Below, in pieces: positions 54,168 to 62,967 of a stretch of 64,000 nucleotides of DNA. The notes beneath the pieces were generated by a model that was not told the DNA's origin, did no database searches, and was given only the letters and a program-made list of their open reading frames with translations. How positions within the stretch are numbered: position 1 is the stretch's first letter; every line of letters begins with the position of its first letter. The stretch is from Steroidobacteraceae bacterium (GTDB taxonomy: Bacteria > Pseudomonadota > Gammaproteobacteria > Steroidobacterales > Steroidobacteraceae). The stretch lies in NCBI GenBank assembly GCA_035504335.1, contig DATJSD010000065.1, positions 76 to 64,075 on the forward strand, in the 5' to 3' direction. The position numbers and the translations under genes were made by a program.

Positions 54168-55589
54168 ATGAAGACCCTCTTTCTGCACCCCCCTTCATTC
54201 GACGGCTTCGACGGCGGCGCCGGCTCGCGCTACCAGGCCAAGCGGGAGATCCGCTCGTTCTGGTACCCCACATGGATCGCGCAGCCCGCGGCGCTGGTGC
54301 CCGACAGCCGCCTGCTGGATGCTCCGGCCGACGGCCTGTCGCTGCAGGAGGTGCTGCCGCTCGCCAGCCAGTACGAGCTGATCGTCATGCACACCAGCTC
54401 GCCGTCGTTTCCGACCGATGCGCATACCGCGGAGCTGCTGAAGGAGCGCAACCCCGCGCTCAGGATCGGCATGGTCGGGGCCAAGGTGGCGGTGGATCCG
54501 GTCGCCGCGCTCGCGGCCAGTCCCGCCATCGACTTCGTGGCGCGCGAGGAATTCGACTACACCTGCAAGGAAGTGGCCGAGGGCCGGCCGTTCGCCGAGA
54601 TCGCCGGCCTGTCGTTCCAGGACGAGTCGCGGCGCGTGCAGCACAACCCGCCGCGGCCGATGCTCGCCGACATGGACGAGCTGCCATGGGTCGCGCCCGT
54701 CTACCAGCGCGACCTGACGATCGAGAACTACTTCATCGGCTACCTCAAGCACCCGTACGTGTCGTTCTACACCGGGCGCGGCTGCCGCTCCAAATGCACC
54801 GTCTGTCTGTGGCCGCAGACGGTCGGCGGCCACCGCTACCGCGTGCGCAGCGTGCAGAGCGTGCTCGATGAGGTGCAGTGGATCCGCGACCACCTGCCCC
54901 AGGTGAAGGAGATCTTCTTCGACGACGATACGTTCACCGACTTTCGCCCGCGCGCGGAGGAGATCGCCCGCGGACTCGGGCGCCTCGGGGTCACCTGGTC
55001 GTGCAACGCCAAGGCCAATGTGCCCTACGAGACCCTGAAGGTCATGAAGGACAACGGCCTGCGGCTGCTGCTGGTGGGCTACGAGTCGGGCAACGATCAG
55101 ATCCTGCACAACATCCGCAAGGGCATGCGCGCCGATATCGCGCGCCGCTTCACGCGCGACTGCCGCAAGCTCGGCGTCATGGTGCACGGCACCTTCATCC
55201 TCGGTCTGCCGGGGGAGACCCAGGAGACCATACTCGAGACCATGCGCTTCGCCATGGAGATCAACCCGAACACCATCCAGGTGTCGCTCGCCGCCCCGTA
55301 CCCCGGTACCGAGCTGTACCGCCAGGCGGTGGCGAACGGCTGGCTCACGGAGAATGCGGCCGCCAACCTGGTGAATGATCGCGGGGTGCAGCTCTCGCCC
55401 ATCAGCTACCCGCATCTGTCGGCCGAGCAGATGTTTCATGGGGTCGAGACCTTCTATCGGCGCTTCTACTTCCGGCCGCGCAAGATCGGCGAGCTGCTGG
55501 CCGAGATGATGAGCAGCTGGGACATGACCAAGCGAAGGCTTCGAGAGGGCGTGGAGTTCTTCCGCTTCCTGCGCGCGCATGAGGCCTGA
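54168..55589 (+). CDS. hpnJ: hopanoid biosynthesis B12-binding radical SAM protein
   Basis: 473 aa. MKTLFLHPPSFDGFDGGAGSRYQ.., radical SAM CRSKCTVC motif. Confidence 0.85.
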   Translation: MKTLFLHPPSFDGFDGGAGSRYQAKREIRSFWYPTWIAQPAALVPDSRLLDAPADGLSLQEVLPLASQYELIVMHTSSPSFPTDAHTAELLKERNPALRIGMVGAKVAVDPVAALAASPAIDFVAREEFDYTCKEVAEGRPFAEIAGLSFQDESRRVQHNPPRPMLADMDELPWVAPVYQRDLTIENYFIGYLKHPYVSFYTGRGCRSKCTVCLWPQTVGGHRYRVRSVQSVLDEVQWIRDHLPQVKEIFFDDDTFTDFRPRAEEIARGLGRLGVTWSCNAKANVPYETLKVMKDNGLRLLLVGYESGNDQILHNIRKGMRADIARRFTRDCRKLGVMVHGTFILGLPGETQETILETMRFAMEINPNTIQVSLAAPYPGTELYRQAVANGWLTENAAANLVNDRGVQLSPISYPHLSAEQMFHGVETFYRRFYFRPRKIGELLAEMMSSWDMTKRRLREGVEFFRFLRAHEA

Positions 55590-56457
55590 ACGCTTCCTGA
55601 TCGTGACGGCCGACGATTTCGGCCTGCACGAGGCGGTGAACGAGGCCGTCGAGCTGGCGAGCCGTGCCGGCACGCTGAGCGCGGCGAGCCTGATGGTGGG
55701 CGCCCCCGCCACGGCCGACGCCGTGCGGCGCGCGCGCGAGCTGCCGAGCTTGCGCGTGGGGCTGCACCTGGTGCTCACGGACGGTGCCCCGGTGCTTCCC
55801 GAGCGCGAGATCAGCGCGCTGGTGGACGGACAGGGACGCTTCCGCAGCCGTCTGGTCACGGACGCGGCCCGCTACTTCCTGTCCCCGGCGGCGCGCCGGC
55901 AGCTGGAAGCGGAGATCCGCGCGCAGTTCAAGGTGTTCGTCGCCACCGGTCTGCCGCTCGATCACGTGAACGCGCACAAGCACTTTCACATTCACCCGAC
56001 GGTACTCGGGTTGCTGCTGCGCGTGGGGCGCGAGTTCGGCGTGCGCGCGGTGCGCGTGCCGTACGAGCCGGCGGCGCTGCTGCAGCCGCCCTCGCTGATG
56101 GCGCGCCTGGCCGGCTGGAGCATGACGCCGTGGTTGCGGCTGATGAAGCGCCGCCTGCAGCGCGCCGGGGTGCTGTGCAACGACCAGCTGCTCGGCATTC
56201 ATCACAGCGGCGCGATGAACGAGACCACGCTGCTCGAGGCGCTCAAGCGCCTGCCGTTCGGCGTGACCGAGATCTATCTGCATCCCGCCACGGTCTCCGG
56301 CGCGGTCATCGCCCGTTCGATGAGCGGCTATCGGCATGCCGATGAGCTCGCTGCGCTGCGCAGCCCGCGCATCCGCTCGGCCGTGACGCAGATGCGCGCG
56401 GCCTGCGGCGGCTACGGTGATCTGGTGCGACTGCGCAGTCAGCGCTACGCCGCCTGA
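55579..56457 (+). CDS. hpnK: hopanoid biosynthesis YdjC-like deacetylase
   Basis: 292 aa. LIVTADDFGL..VN..I, HVNAHKHFH (YdjC fold). Confidence 0.85.
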   Translation: MRPERFLIVTADDFGLHEAVNEAVELASRAGTLSAASLMVGAPATADAVRRARELPSLRVGLHLVLTDGAPVLPEREISALVDGQGRFRSRLVTDAARYFLSPAARRQLEAEIRAQFKVFVATGLPLDHVNAHKHFHIHPTVLGLLLRVGREFGVRAVRVPYEPAALLQPPSLMARLAGWSMTPWLRLMKRRLQRAGVLCNDQLLGIHHSGAMNETTLLEALKRLPFGVTEIYLHPATVSGAVIARSMSGYRHADELAALRSPRIRSAVTQMRAACGGYGDLVRLRSQRYAA

Positions 56458-56514
56458 AGCGCGAGCTGCTGGGCCTGTGCCTGCAGGAGAACGAGCGCCC
56501 GTGATCCGCGCCGC

Positions 56515-57498
56515 ATGAAATACGTCGCCTACGGCGGTGACGGCGACGCGGCGTCGCTGCACATCCAGGAGACCGAGGCTCCGCGGCCCGGGGCGGGCGA
56601 GATCCTGATTCGCGTGCAGGCGGCCGGCGTCAATCGGCCCGATGTGCTGCAGCGTCAGGGCAAGTATGCGCCGCCGCCGGACGCCTCACCGATCCTCGGG
56701 CTGGAGGTCGCGGGCACGGTGGCGGCCGTTGGCGCGGACGTCGATGAGTGGCAGGTCGGGGACCGGGTCTGCGCGCTGGTGCCCGGCGGCGGCTACGCCG
56801 AGTACTGCGTCACCCCCGCGCGCCACGCTCTGCCCATCCCCGCCGGGCTGTCGCTCGAGGCGGCGGCGGGCCTGCCCGAGGTATGGTTCACGGTGTGGGC
56901 CAATCTGGTGGATCTCGCCCAGCTGCGCGCCGGGGAGTGGCTGCTGGTGCACGGGGGCGCCAGCGGCATCGGCCTGGCGGCCCTGCAGCTGGCCACCCAC
57001 CTGAATGCCCGGCCGATCGTCACCGTCGGCAGCGAGGACAAGGCGCGCTTCTGCCGCGACTTCGGCGCATGCGCCGCCATCGAATACCATCGTGATGACT
57101 TCGTCGAGCGCTCGCTGGCATTGACCGGTGGTGAGGGCGTCGATGTGGTGCTCGACATGGTGGGGGCCGCCTACCTGGAGCGCAACCTGCGGGTCCTGCG
57201 GCAGGACGGTCGCCTGGTGCTGATCGGTTTCATGCAGGGCAGCCGCGGGCAGATCGATCTGCGGCCCGTGCTCGCCAAGCGGCTGCGCCTCACGGGCTCG
57301 GCCATGCGCCCGCGCAGCATCGCCGAGAAGGCCGCGATCCGCGCGGCGCTGCTGCAGCACATCTGGCCGGCGATCGCCGCCGGCCGCATCCGCAGCCACG
57401 TGCATGCGGTCTTTCCGCTGGCGCAGGCGAGCGAGGCGCACCGGCTCATGGAGAGCGGGCGGCACGTGGGCAAGATCGTTCTGCGGGTGGCCGGGTAG
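56515..57498 (+). CDS. NAD(P)H:quinone oxidoreductase (MDR/zeta-crystallin family)
   Basis: 327 aa. GVNRPDVLQRQGKY, HGGASGIGLAALQLA, GKIVL C-terminus. Confidence 0.85.
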   Translation: MKYVAYGGDGDAASLHIQETEAPRPGAGEILIRVQAAGVNRPDVLQRQGKYAPPPDASPILGLEVAGTVAAVGADVDEWQVGDRVCALVPGGGYAEYCVTPARHALPIPAGLSLEAAAGLPEVWFTVWANLVDLAQLRAGEWLLVHGGASGIGLAALQLATHLNARPIVTVGSEDKARFCRDFGACAAIEYHRDDFVERSLALTGGEGVDVVLDMVGAAYLERNLRVLRQDGRLVLIGFMQGSRGQIDLRPVLAKRLRLTGSAMRPRSIAEKAAIRAALLQHIWPAIAAGRIRSHVHAVFPLAQASEAHRLMESGRHVGKIVLRVAG

Positions 57499-57516
57499 TG
57501 CGCCGCCGCTCATCCG

Positions 57517-57906
57517 ATGCTGCTGTCACGCGTCCTGGTCGACCTGGTGCTGCTGGTGCACGGCGCCTTCGCGCTGTTCGTCGTGCTGGGCGGCTGGCTG
57601 GTGCGGCGCTGGCGCCTGCTCGCCTGGCTGCACCTGCCCTGCGCGGCCTGGGGTGCGACCGTGGAGCTCACCGGCTGGCTGTGCCCGCTGACGGGACTGG
57701 AGAATACGCTGCGCGTCGCGGCCGGCGAGACTCCCTACAGCGGTGACTTCCTGCAGCACTATCTGACCTCAGCGCTCTACCCGGCGGCGCTCACGCGCTC
57801 GATGCAGCTGGGCCTGGCGGCCCTCGTGGTGCTGATCAACCTGGCGGCCTACGGCCGCCTGTGGCGCGGGCGCGGCCACCGCGGGCGCGGCCACCGCGCG
57901 CGCTGA
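57517..57906 (+). CDS. DUF2784-like membrane protein
   Basis: 129 aa. LVLLVHGAFALFVVLGG..HLPCAAWGATVELTGWLCPLT pattern. Confidence 0.65.
   Translation: MLLSRVLVDLVLLVHGAFALFVVLGGWLVRRWRLLAWLHLPCAAWGATVELTGWLCPLTGLENTLRVAAGETPYSGDFLQHYLTSALYPAALTRSMQLGLAALVVLINLAAYGRLWRGRGHRGRGHRAR
57865..57894. repeat. 15-bp in-frame tandem duplication at the 3' end of the DUF2784-like gene
   Basis: cgcgggcgcggccac at 57865 and 57880, encoding RGRGH twice. Confidence 0.9.
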
Positions 57907-57929
57907 GCCGCGCCGCGGCGGACACCTGC

Positions 57930-58916
57930 TCACCCGCACAGGCCTGTGGCCCGAAACCAATGGATCGCGTCCTCGAGCGCCTGCTGCGGCGGGCGCCAGC
58001 GATAGCCCAGCTCGGCGGCCGCCTTGGCGCTGGAAAAGAACATGTGGTGACGCGCCATGCGCACGCCGTCCACCGTGATACGCGTGTCGCCGCCGGTCAG
58101 CCGGGCATACGCCTCGGCGAGGTAGGCGAGCGGCAGGACCAGCGCGTGCGGCAGGCGCACGCGCGGCGGGGAGCGGCCGACGAGCTGCGCAATCGTGGTG
58201 AGAATCTGTCGCAGCGTCATATCGGTGCCGCCCAGAATGTAGCGCTCGCCGATGCGACCGCGCTCGAAGGCGAGCCGGTGGCCCTCGGCCACGTCGTCGA
58301 CGTGCACGATGTTCAGCCCCGTATCGACGTAGGCCGGCATGCGCCCGTTGGCCGCGTCCAGCACGATCCGCCCGGTCGGCGTGGGCTTGATGTCCCCCGG
58401 GCCGATCGGCGTGGAGGGATTGACGATCACCACCGGCAGCCCGGCATGAGCGGCCTCCCGTACCCACTGCTCGGCGAGATACTTGGAGCGCTTGTAATGC
58501 CCGATCATGTCCGACAACTGCGCGGGCGTCTGCTCGTCGGCGGGCTGCCCGTCGGCGCGCAGCCCCAGCGTGGCGACGCTGCTGGTGTAGACGATGCGCG
58601 CGACGCCCGCGCGGCGCGCGGCCTCCAGCAGCCGGCGCGTGCCCTGCACGTTGCTGCGATACAGGCTCTGCGGATCACTCGTCCAGAGCCGATACTCGGC
58701 GGCCACGTGAAACAGCGCCGGGCAGCCCGCGAGCGCGCGCTCGAGCGAGGCGTCGTCGCCCAGCTCGCCGACGGCGATCTCCACGCCGAGACCCTCGAGA
58801 TTGCGCCGATCGGAGCTGGCGCGCACCAGCGCGCGCACCGGCCAGCCCGCGCGCAGCAGCGCCCGCACCACGGCCGCCCCGACGAAGCCGCTGGCGCCGG
58901 TGACCAGCGCTTTCAC
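57930..58916 (-). CDS. hpnA: hopanoid-associated NAD-dependent sugar epimerase/dehydratase
   Basis: The GTG at 58916 overlaps the hpnG TGA. VTGASGFVG Rossmann motif, YKRSK (YxxxK). Confidence 0.85.
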   Translation of the reverse strand: MKALVTGASGFVGAAVVRALLRAGWPVRALVRASSDRRNLEGLGVEIAVGELGDDASLERALAGCPALFHVAAEYRLWTSDPQSLYRSNVQGTRRLLEAARRAGVARIVYTSSVATLGLRADGQPADEQTPAQLSDMIGHYKRSKYLAEQWVREAAHAGLPVVIVNPSTPIGPGDIKPTPTGRIVLDAANGRMPAYVDTGLNIVHVDDVAEGHRLAFERGRIGERYILGGTDMTLRQILTTIAQLVGRSPPRVRLPHALVLPLAYLAEAYARLTGGDTRITVDGVRMARHHMFFSSAKAAAELGYRWRPPQQALEDAIHWFRATGLCG

Positions 58917-59680
58917 GGCTCCGCCCGCGCCCCGGCCGGCACCGCGGGTCGGCTCCAGGCGGCTCGCGCGCAGCGCCGCAGCACACGCAGCGCCGCGCGG
59001 TAGCGGCGCGCGAGCCGCAGCAGCCCCGGCCACGCGGCCGGCCGGCACAGCAGCCTCAGCCACGCGAGCCTGCCGAGCATCGTGCGCGGCTCGGCCGCGG
59101 CGAGCGTGCCCAGCAGCGGCGGCAGCGTATCCGCCGCGGTATCGGCGATCACGCGCACCACCATGAAGGGCAGACCGTAGAGGCCGGCCACGACGCCCAC
59201 CGCCGCGCTCTCCAGATCCACCGCCAGCGCCGCACTCTGCTCAAACAATCCGGCCTTGAGCGACGCCTCGCAGGCCACCTCGCCGCGCGTCAGGACCGCC
59301 CCCTGCCTGACAGCGCCCTGCCGCGCCAGCGCGGCGTACAGCTCACCGCGCCAGCGGTCCGAGGTGCGCAGCCGGGCGCGTGCCGCGACGGCCACCGGCT
59401 GCAGGCCGTCCAGCTGCAGCGTCAGCGGCGTCTCGCAGATCACCTCGCTGGCCAGCACGATGTCCCCGCAGCCCAGCGCCGGATCGAGCGCGCCAGCGAC
59501 GCCCCAGCACAGCAGCGACCCCGCGCCCGCGCGCACCAGCGCCAGCGCGCTGCGCGCCGCGCGCTCGCAGCCCATGCCGCTGACGCGCACCATGAGCCCA
59601 GCGCGCTCGCCGCCCACACTGCGCGCTTCGGCGCGCAGCGCGGCGACCACTCCCGTGACGTTGCGGCCGACGGGGCTCAC
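58913..59680 (-). CDS. hpnG: hopanoid-associated phosphorylase/nucleosidase (PNP_UDP fold)
   Basis: 255 aa. VSGMGCERA, GVAGALDP, AVDLESAAV motifs of MTA/SAH-nucleosidase-like enzymes. Located between shc and hpnA. Confidence 0.8.
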   Translation of the reverse strand: MSPVGRNVTGVVAALRAEARSVGGERAGLMVRVSGMGCERAARSALALVRAGAGSLLCWGVAGALDPALGCGDIVLASEVICETPLTLQLDGLQPVAVAARARLRTSDRWRGELYAALARQGAVRQGAVLTRGEVACEASLKAGLFEQSAALAVDLESAAVGVVAGLYGLPFMVVRVIADTAADTLPPLLGTLAAAEPRTMLGRLAWLRLLCRPAAWPGLLRLARRYRAALRVLRRCARAAWSRPAVPAGARAEP

Positions 59681-59693
59681 GACTCACCGCCCG

Positions 59694-61742
59694 TCAGCGA
59701 TGCGTCAGGCGTTGACGTTGGCGGTAGCTCGCCAGCGCCCACAGCGGAAAGTAGGCGCAGTAGCCGTGATATTTGAGGTAGAACACGCGCGGAAAGCCCG
59801 GCGCCGTGAAGCTCGGATCATCCCACAGGCCCCCGGGCCGCTGGTTGCGCAGCAGATAATCGACACCGCGATCGATCAGCGCCGCGTCCTCGCAGCCCAC
59901 CGCCAGCAGCCCGAGCAGCGCCCAGGCGGTCTGGTAGGGGGTGCTGGCCAGACCACCTCCGGCCAGCGCCGCGTCCTGATAGCTGTCGTTGCTCTCGCCC
60001 CAGCCGCCGTCCTCGTTCTGGCGGGCGCGCAGCCAATCGATCGCGCGCCGCACGCTCGGATCGCGCACATCGAAGCCGGCGGCCGCGAAGGCCGCGAGCA
60101 CCGACCAGGTGCCGTAGATGTAGTTGCTGCCCCAGCGACCGAACCAGCAGCCGCTGGCCTCCTGCTCGTCGCGCAGATAGGCCACCGCCGCCGCGAGCAC
60201 CGGCTGATGTCGCGCGTGCGCGCGACGCGCCAGCGCCGTCACCACGCGGCCGGTCACATCGGCGGTCGGCGGGTCGAGCAGCGCCCCGTGGTCGGCGAAC
60301 GGGATGTGATTGAGGTAGTAGTAGGTGTTGTCGACGTCGAATGACGCAAAGCCCCCGTTCTTGCTCTGCATGCCCGCGAGCCAGTCGAGCGCGCGCTCGA
60401 CCGCGGCGTCGTGCGAGCCGTCGCCGCCGCGGGCGGCATCGGCGGCGGCGGACTCGTCGCGCCCGGCATCGGCCGCATTGGCATCGGCCGCATTGGCCGC
60501 CTCGGCCGGCTCGGTCACGGCCACTTCGGCCACGGCCGGCTGATCGAGCATCGCCCAGGCGACCACGGCGGTGTCGTCGAGGTCCGGGTAATAGTCGTTG
60601 CGGTACTGGAACGCCCAGCCGCCGCCGGCCAGGTGCGGGCGGCGCACGCGCCAGTCCCCGGGCGCCTGTGCCGACAGCTGCAGCGGCCGCAGCCATTGCA
60701 GCGCGCGCGCCGCGGCCAGCTGCGCCGCCTCGCTGCCCTCGGCCTGCAGCGCCAGGGCGGCCAGCGCCGTGTCCCACACCGGCGAGAGGCACGGCTGGCA
60801 ATAGGCACGGCTGTCGCCCACCACCAGGAGCTTGCGCAGCGCGCGCTCGGCCAGGCGGCGGTGCGGATCCTCGGGCGGGTAGCCGAGCAGCACCATGACC
60901 TCGAGCGCATTGACCATCGCCGGAAAGATCGCCCCGAGCCCGTCCTCGCCGTTCAGACGCTCCAGGATCCAGTGCTCCGCGCGCCGCATCGCCAGGGCGC
61001 GCATGCGGCGCGGAATCCACGCATCGGCGATGCGCCCGGCGCGATCGAGCAGCATGAACAGGCGGTTGATCGGCCCGCGGCGGCGAAAGTAGTGCCGCTC
61101 GCGCTCCGGCGGCACCGTGAACAGCTCGCGTATGCCCACGCCCCCCGCGTTCACCGCCCGCGCGCGCAGCGTGCACAACACCAGCAGCGGCACCATGACG
61201 GTACGCGACCAGTAGGACACCTTGTCCAGGTGGAATGGAAACCAGCTCGGCAGCAGCATGATCTCCACCGGGATGTACGGCACCGCGCGCCAGGGTACCT
61301 GGCCGAACATCGCCAGGGTGATGCGTGTGAAGACATTGGCGCGCGCCGCCCCGCCATGCTCGAGGATCGCCCGCCGCGCGCGCTGCATGTGCGGCGCCTC
61401 GACGCTGTCGCCCGCGAGCTTCAGCGCGTAGTAGGCCTTGACACTGCAGCTGATGTCGAACGCCCCGCCGTGGTAGAGCGGCCAGCCGCCGTGCTCGGCC
61501 TGACGCTCGCGCAGGTACACCGCCAGCTTGGCCTGCAGCGGCGCGTCCAGCGCGGCCAGAAAGTGCATCATCAGGATGTATTCGGCCGGGATGGTGCAGT
61601 CGGCTTCCAGCTCGAAGGACCAGTGTCCGTCGGCATGCTGCAGATCCAGCAGCGCAGCGCGCGCGCGCAGCACGGCGCGGTCCAGATCCGACGCGCCGAT
61701 GCCGCCGGGGATCGCAGCATCCAGTGCTCGCTCTACCGCCAC
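59694..61742 (-). CDS. shc: squalene-hopene cyclase
   Basis: GTG at 61742, 7 nt after GAGGA and 8 nt after the sqs stop. Multiple QW repeats, the DDTA catalytic motif (DLDDTAVV), GGWGE. Ala/Asp-rich insertion. Confidence 0.92.
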   Translation of the reverse strand: MAVERALDAAIPGGIGASDLDRAVLRARAALLDLQHADGHWSFELEADCTIPAEYILMMHFLAALDAPLQAKLAVYLRERQAEHGGWPLYHGGAFDISCSVKAYYALKLAGDSVEAPHMQRARRAILEHGGAARANVFTRITLAMFGQVPWRAVPYIPVEIMLLPSWFPFHLDKVSYWSRTVMVPLLVLCTLRARAVNAGGVGIRELFTVPPERERHYFRRRGPINRLFMLLDRAGRIADAWIPRRMRALAMRRAEHWILERLNGEDGLGAIFPAMVNALEVMVLLGYPPEDPHRRLAERALRKLLVVGDSRAYCQPCLSPVWDTALAALALQAEGSEAAQLAAARALQWLRPLQLSAQAPGDWRVRRPHLAGGGWAFQYRNDYYPDLDDTAVVAWAMLDQPAVAEVAVTEPAEAANAADANAADAGRDESAAADAARGGDGSHDAAVERALDWLAGMQSKNGGFASFDVDNTYYYLNHIPFADHGALLDPPTADVTGRVVTALARRAHARHQPVLAAAVAYLRDEQEASGCWFGRWGSNYIYGTWSVLAAFAAAGFDVRDPSVRRAIDWLRARQNEDGGWGESNDSYQDAALAGGGLASTPYQTAWALLGLLAVGCEDAALIDRGVDYLLRNQRPGGLWDDPSFTAPGFPRVFYLKYHGYCAYFPLWALASYRQRQRLTHR
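60466..60495. repeat. 15-bp in-frame tandem duplication inside shc
   Basis: gcatcggccgcattg at 60466 and 60481, encoding the ANAAD ANAAD insertion. Confidence 0.9.
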
Positions 61743-61752
61743 GCGGGTGTCC

Positions 61753-62886
61753 TCAGCTGCCCGAGGCGGAATGCAGGCTCGCTTCCCGCTCGCGCTCCCA
61801 TTGCTGACGGATCGGGGGATGCAGCTCCGAGCCGCCGCGCGCATTCGGCTGCGTGATGAGCGGCAGATCGCGCGCCGCATAGTTGAACAGGCGCGTGAGC
61901 ATGCGGTCGCTGTGCACCGTCAGGTTGGAGAGGGCGGTTACCATCATCACCTCGCGCCGCGAGATCTTGACCTGTGCACCGGCGGTAAAATGCGGATTAT
62001 CCTTGATCGAGCGCAGCGTGAGCAGCGCCAGGCCGATCGACCAGGAGCAGAACCGGCGGATGCCGGTCTCGTGCGAGGGGATCAGCAGCGTGAAGGACAA
62101 TGCGTGACGCAGATGCCCGTGGGCGATGCCGATGAGCTCCTGCAGGCTGTCGCAGAAGCTCTGCTCGTCGCGCGCGCGCAGCAGGTCCAGCTCGAAGCCA
62201 CGGCGCGCGAATACCTCCTGGGGCAGCCAGCAGGCGCCGCGGCTGCGGTCCTCCCACAGGTCCTTCAGAATGTTGGTCATCTGCAGTCCCTGCCCGAAGG
62301 ACGGAGCCAGGCGCCGCAGCGCCGCGGCGTGTGCATTGATCTCGGGCGAGTACGTGCAGAACAGGTCGGTGAGCATCTCGCCCACCACGCCGGCCACATG
62401 GTAGCAGTAGCTGTCCATGTCCTTCAGGCCCGGCAGGCCGCGCACGCTCGCGCTGCGCTGGAAGTGATGCATGCCCACGCACATGATCTCCACGCAGCGG
62501 CCGATCGCCTTCTGCGCGCGCGGGTCGAGGCCGTGACACACGCGCATCACGCGCGCCATGTTGGCGATCAGGTCGCGCTCGTGCACCGAGGTCTGCTCCG
62601 ACAGCCGCGGCGTGAGCTCGCGCGCGAGCGCCTCGGCATCGGCCGCGCCGGCGGCCACGCGGCTGAAGGCCGTCAGGTAGTGCAGCTTCTGCGCGGCCGA
62701 CAGACTCGGCTCGTCCTCGATCGTGTCGGCCAGACGGCACAGCAGGTAAGCCGTCGTGACGGCCTTGCGCAGGTCCGCCGGCAGCTGCGGGATGGTCAGC
62801 GCGAAGGTACGCGACACGTACACCAGGACGTGCCGCTGGTACTTCTCGTCCGCTTCCGCATCCACTTGCGTGGGCTCTCGAGTCAT
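61753..62886 (-). CDS. sqs: squalene synthase (single-enzyme, eukaryote-like type)
   Basis: ATG at 62886. YLLCRLADTIEDE, YCYHVAGVVGEMLT, GQGLQMTNILKDLWED..ACWLPQEVF fit the SQS pattern rather than the shorter HpnC/HpnD proteins. Confidence 0.8.
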   Translation of the reverse strand: MTREPTQVDAEADEKYQRHVLVYVSRTFALTIPQLPADLRKAVTTAYLLCRLADTIEDEPSLSAAQKLHYLTAFSRVAAGAADAEALARELTPRLSEQTSVHERDLIANMARVMRVCHGLDPRAQKAIGRCVEIMCVGMHHFQRSASVRGLPGLKDMDSYCYHVAGVVGEMLTDLFCTYSPEINAHAAALRRLAPSFGQGLQMTNILKDLWEDRSRGACWLPQEVFARRGFELDLLRARDEQSFCDSLQELIGIAHGHLRHALSFTLLIPSHETGIRRFCSWSIGLALLTLRSIKDNPHFTAGAQVKISRREVMMVTALSNLTVHSDRMLTRLFNYAARDLPLITQPNARGGSELHPPIRQQWEREREASLHSASGS

Positions 62887-62967
62887 GGCGCTCCCGATGT
62901 CGATCGCACCACCGTCTCCCCATGAATTGCATACACTATTGCCGGCGCGAGAGAGGCGTCCCACCCG

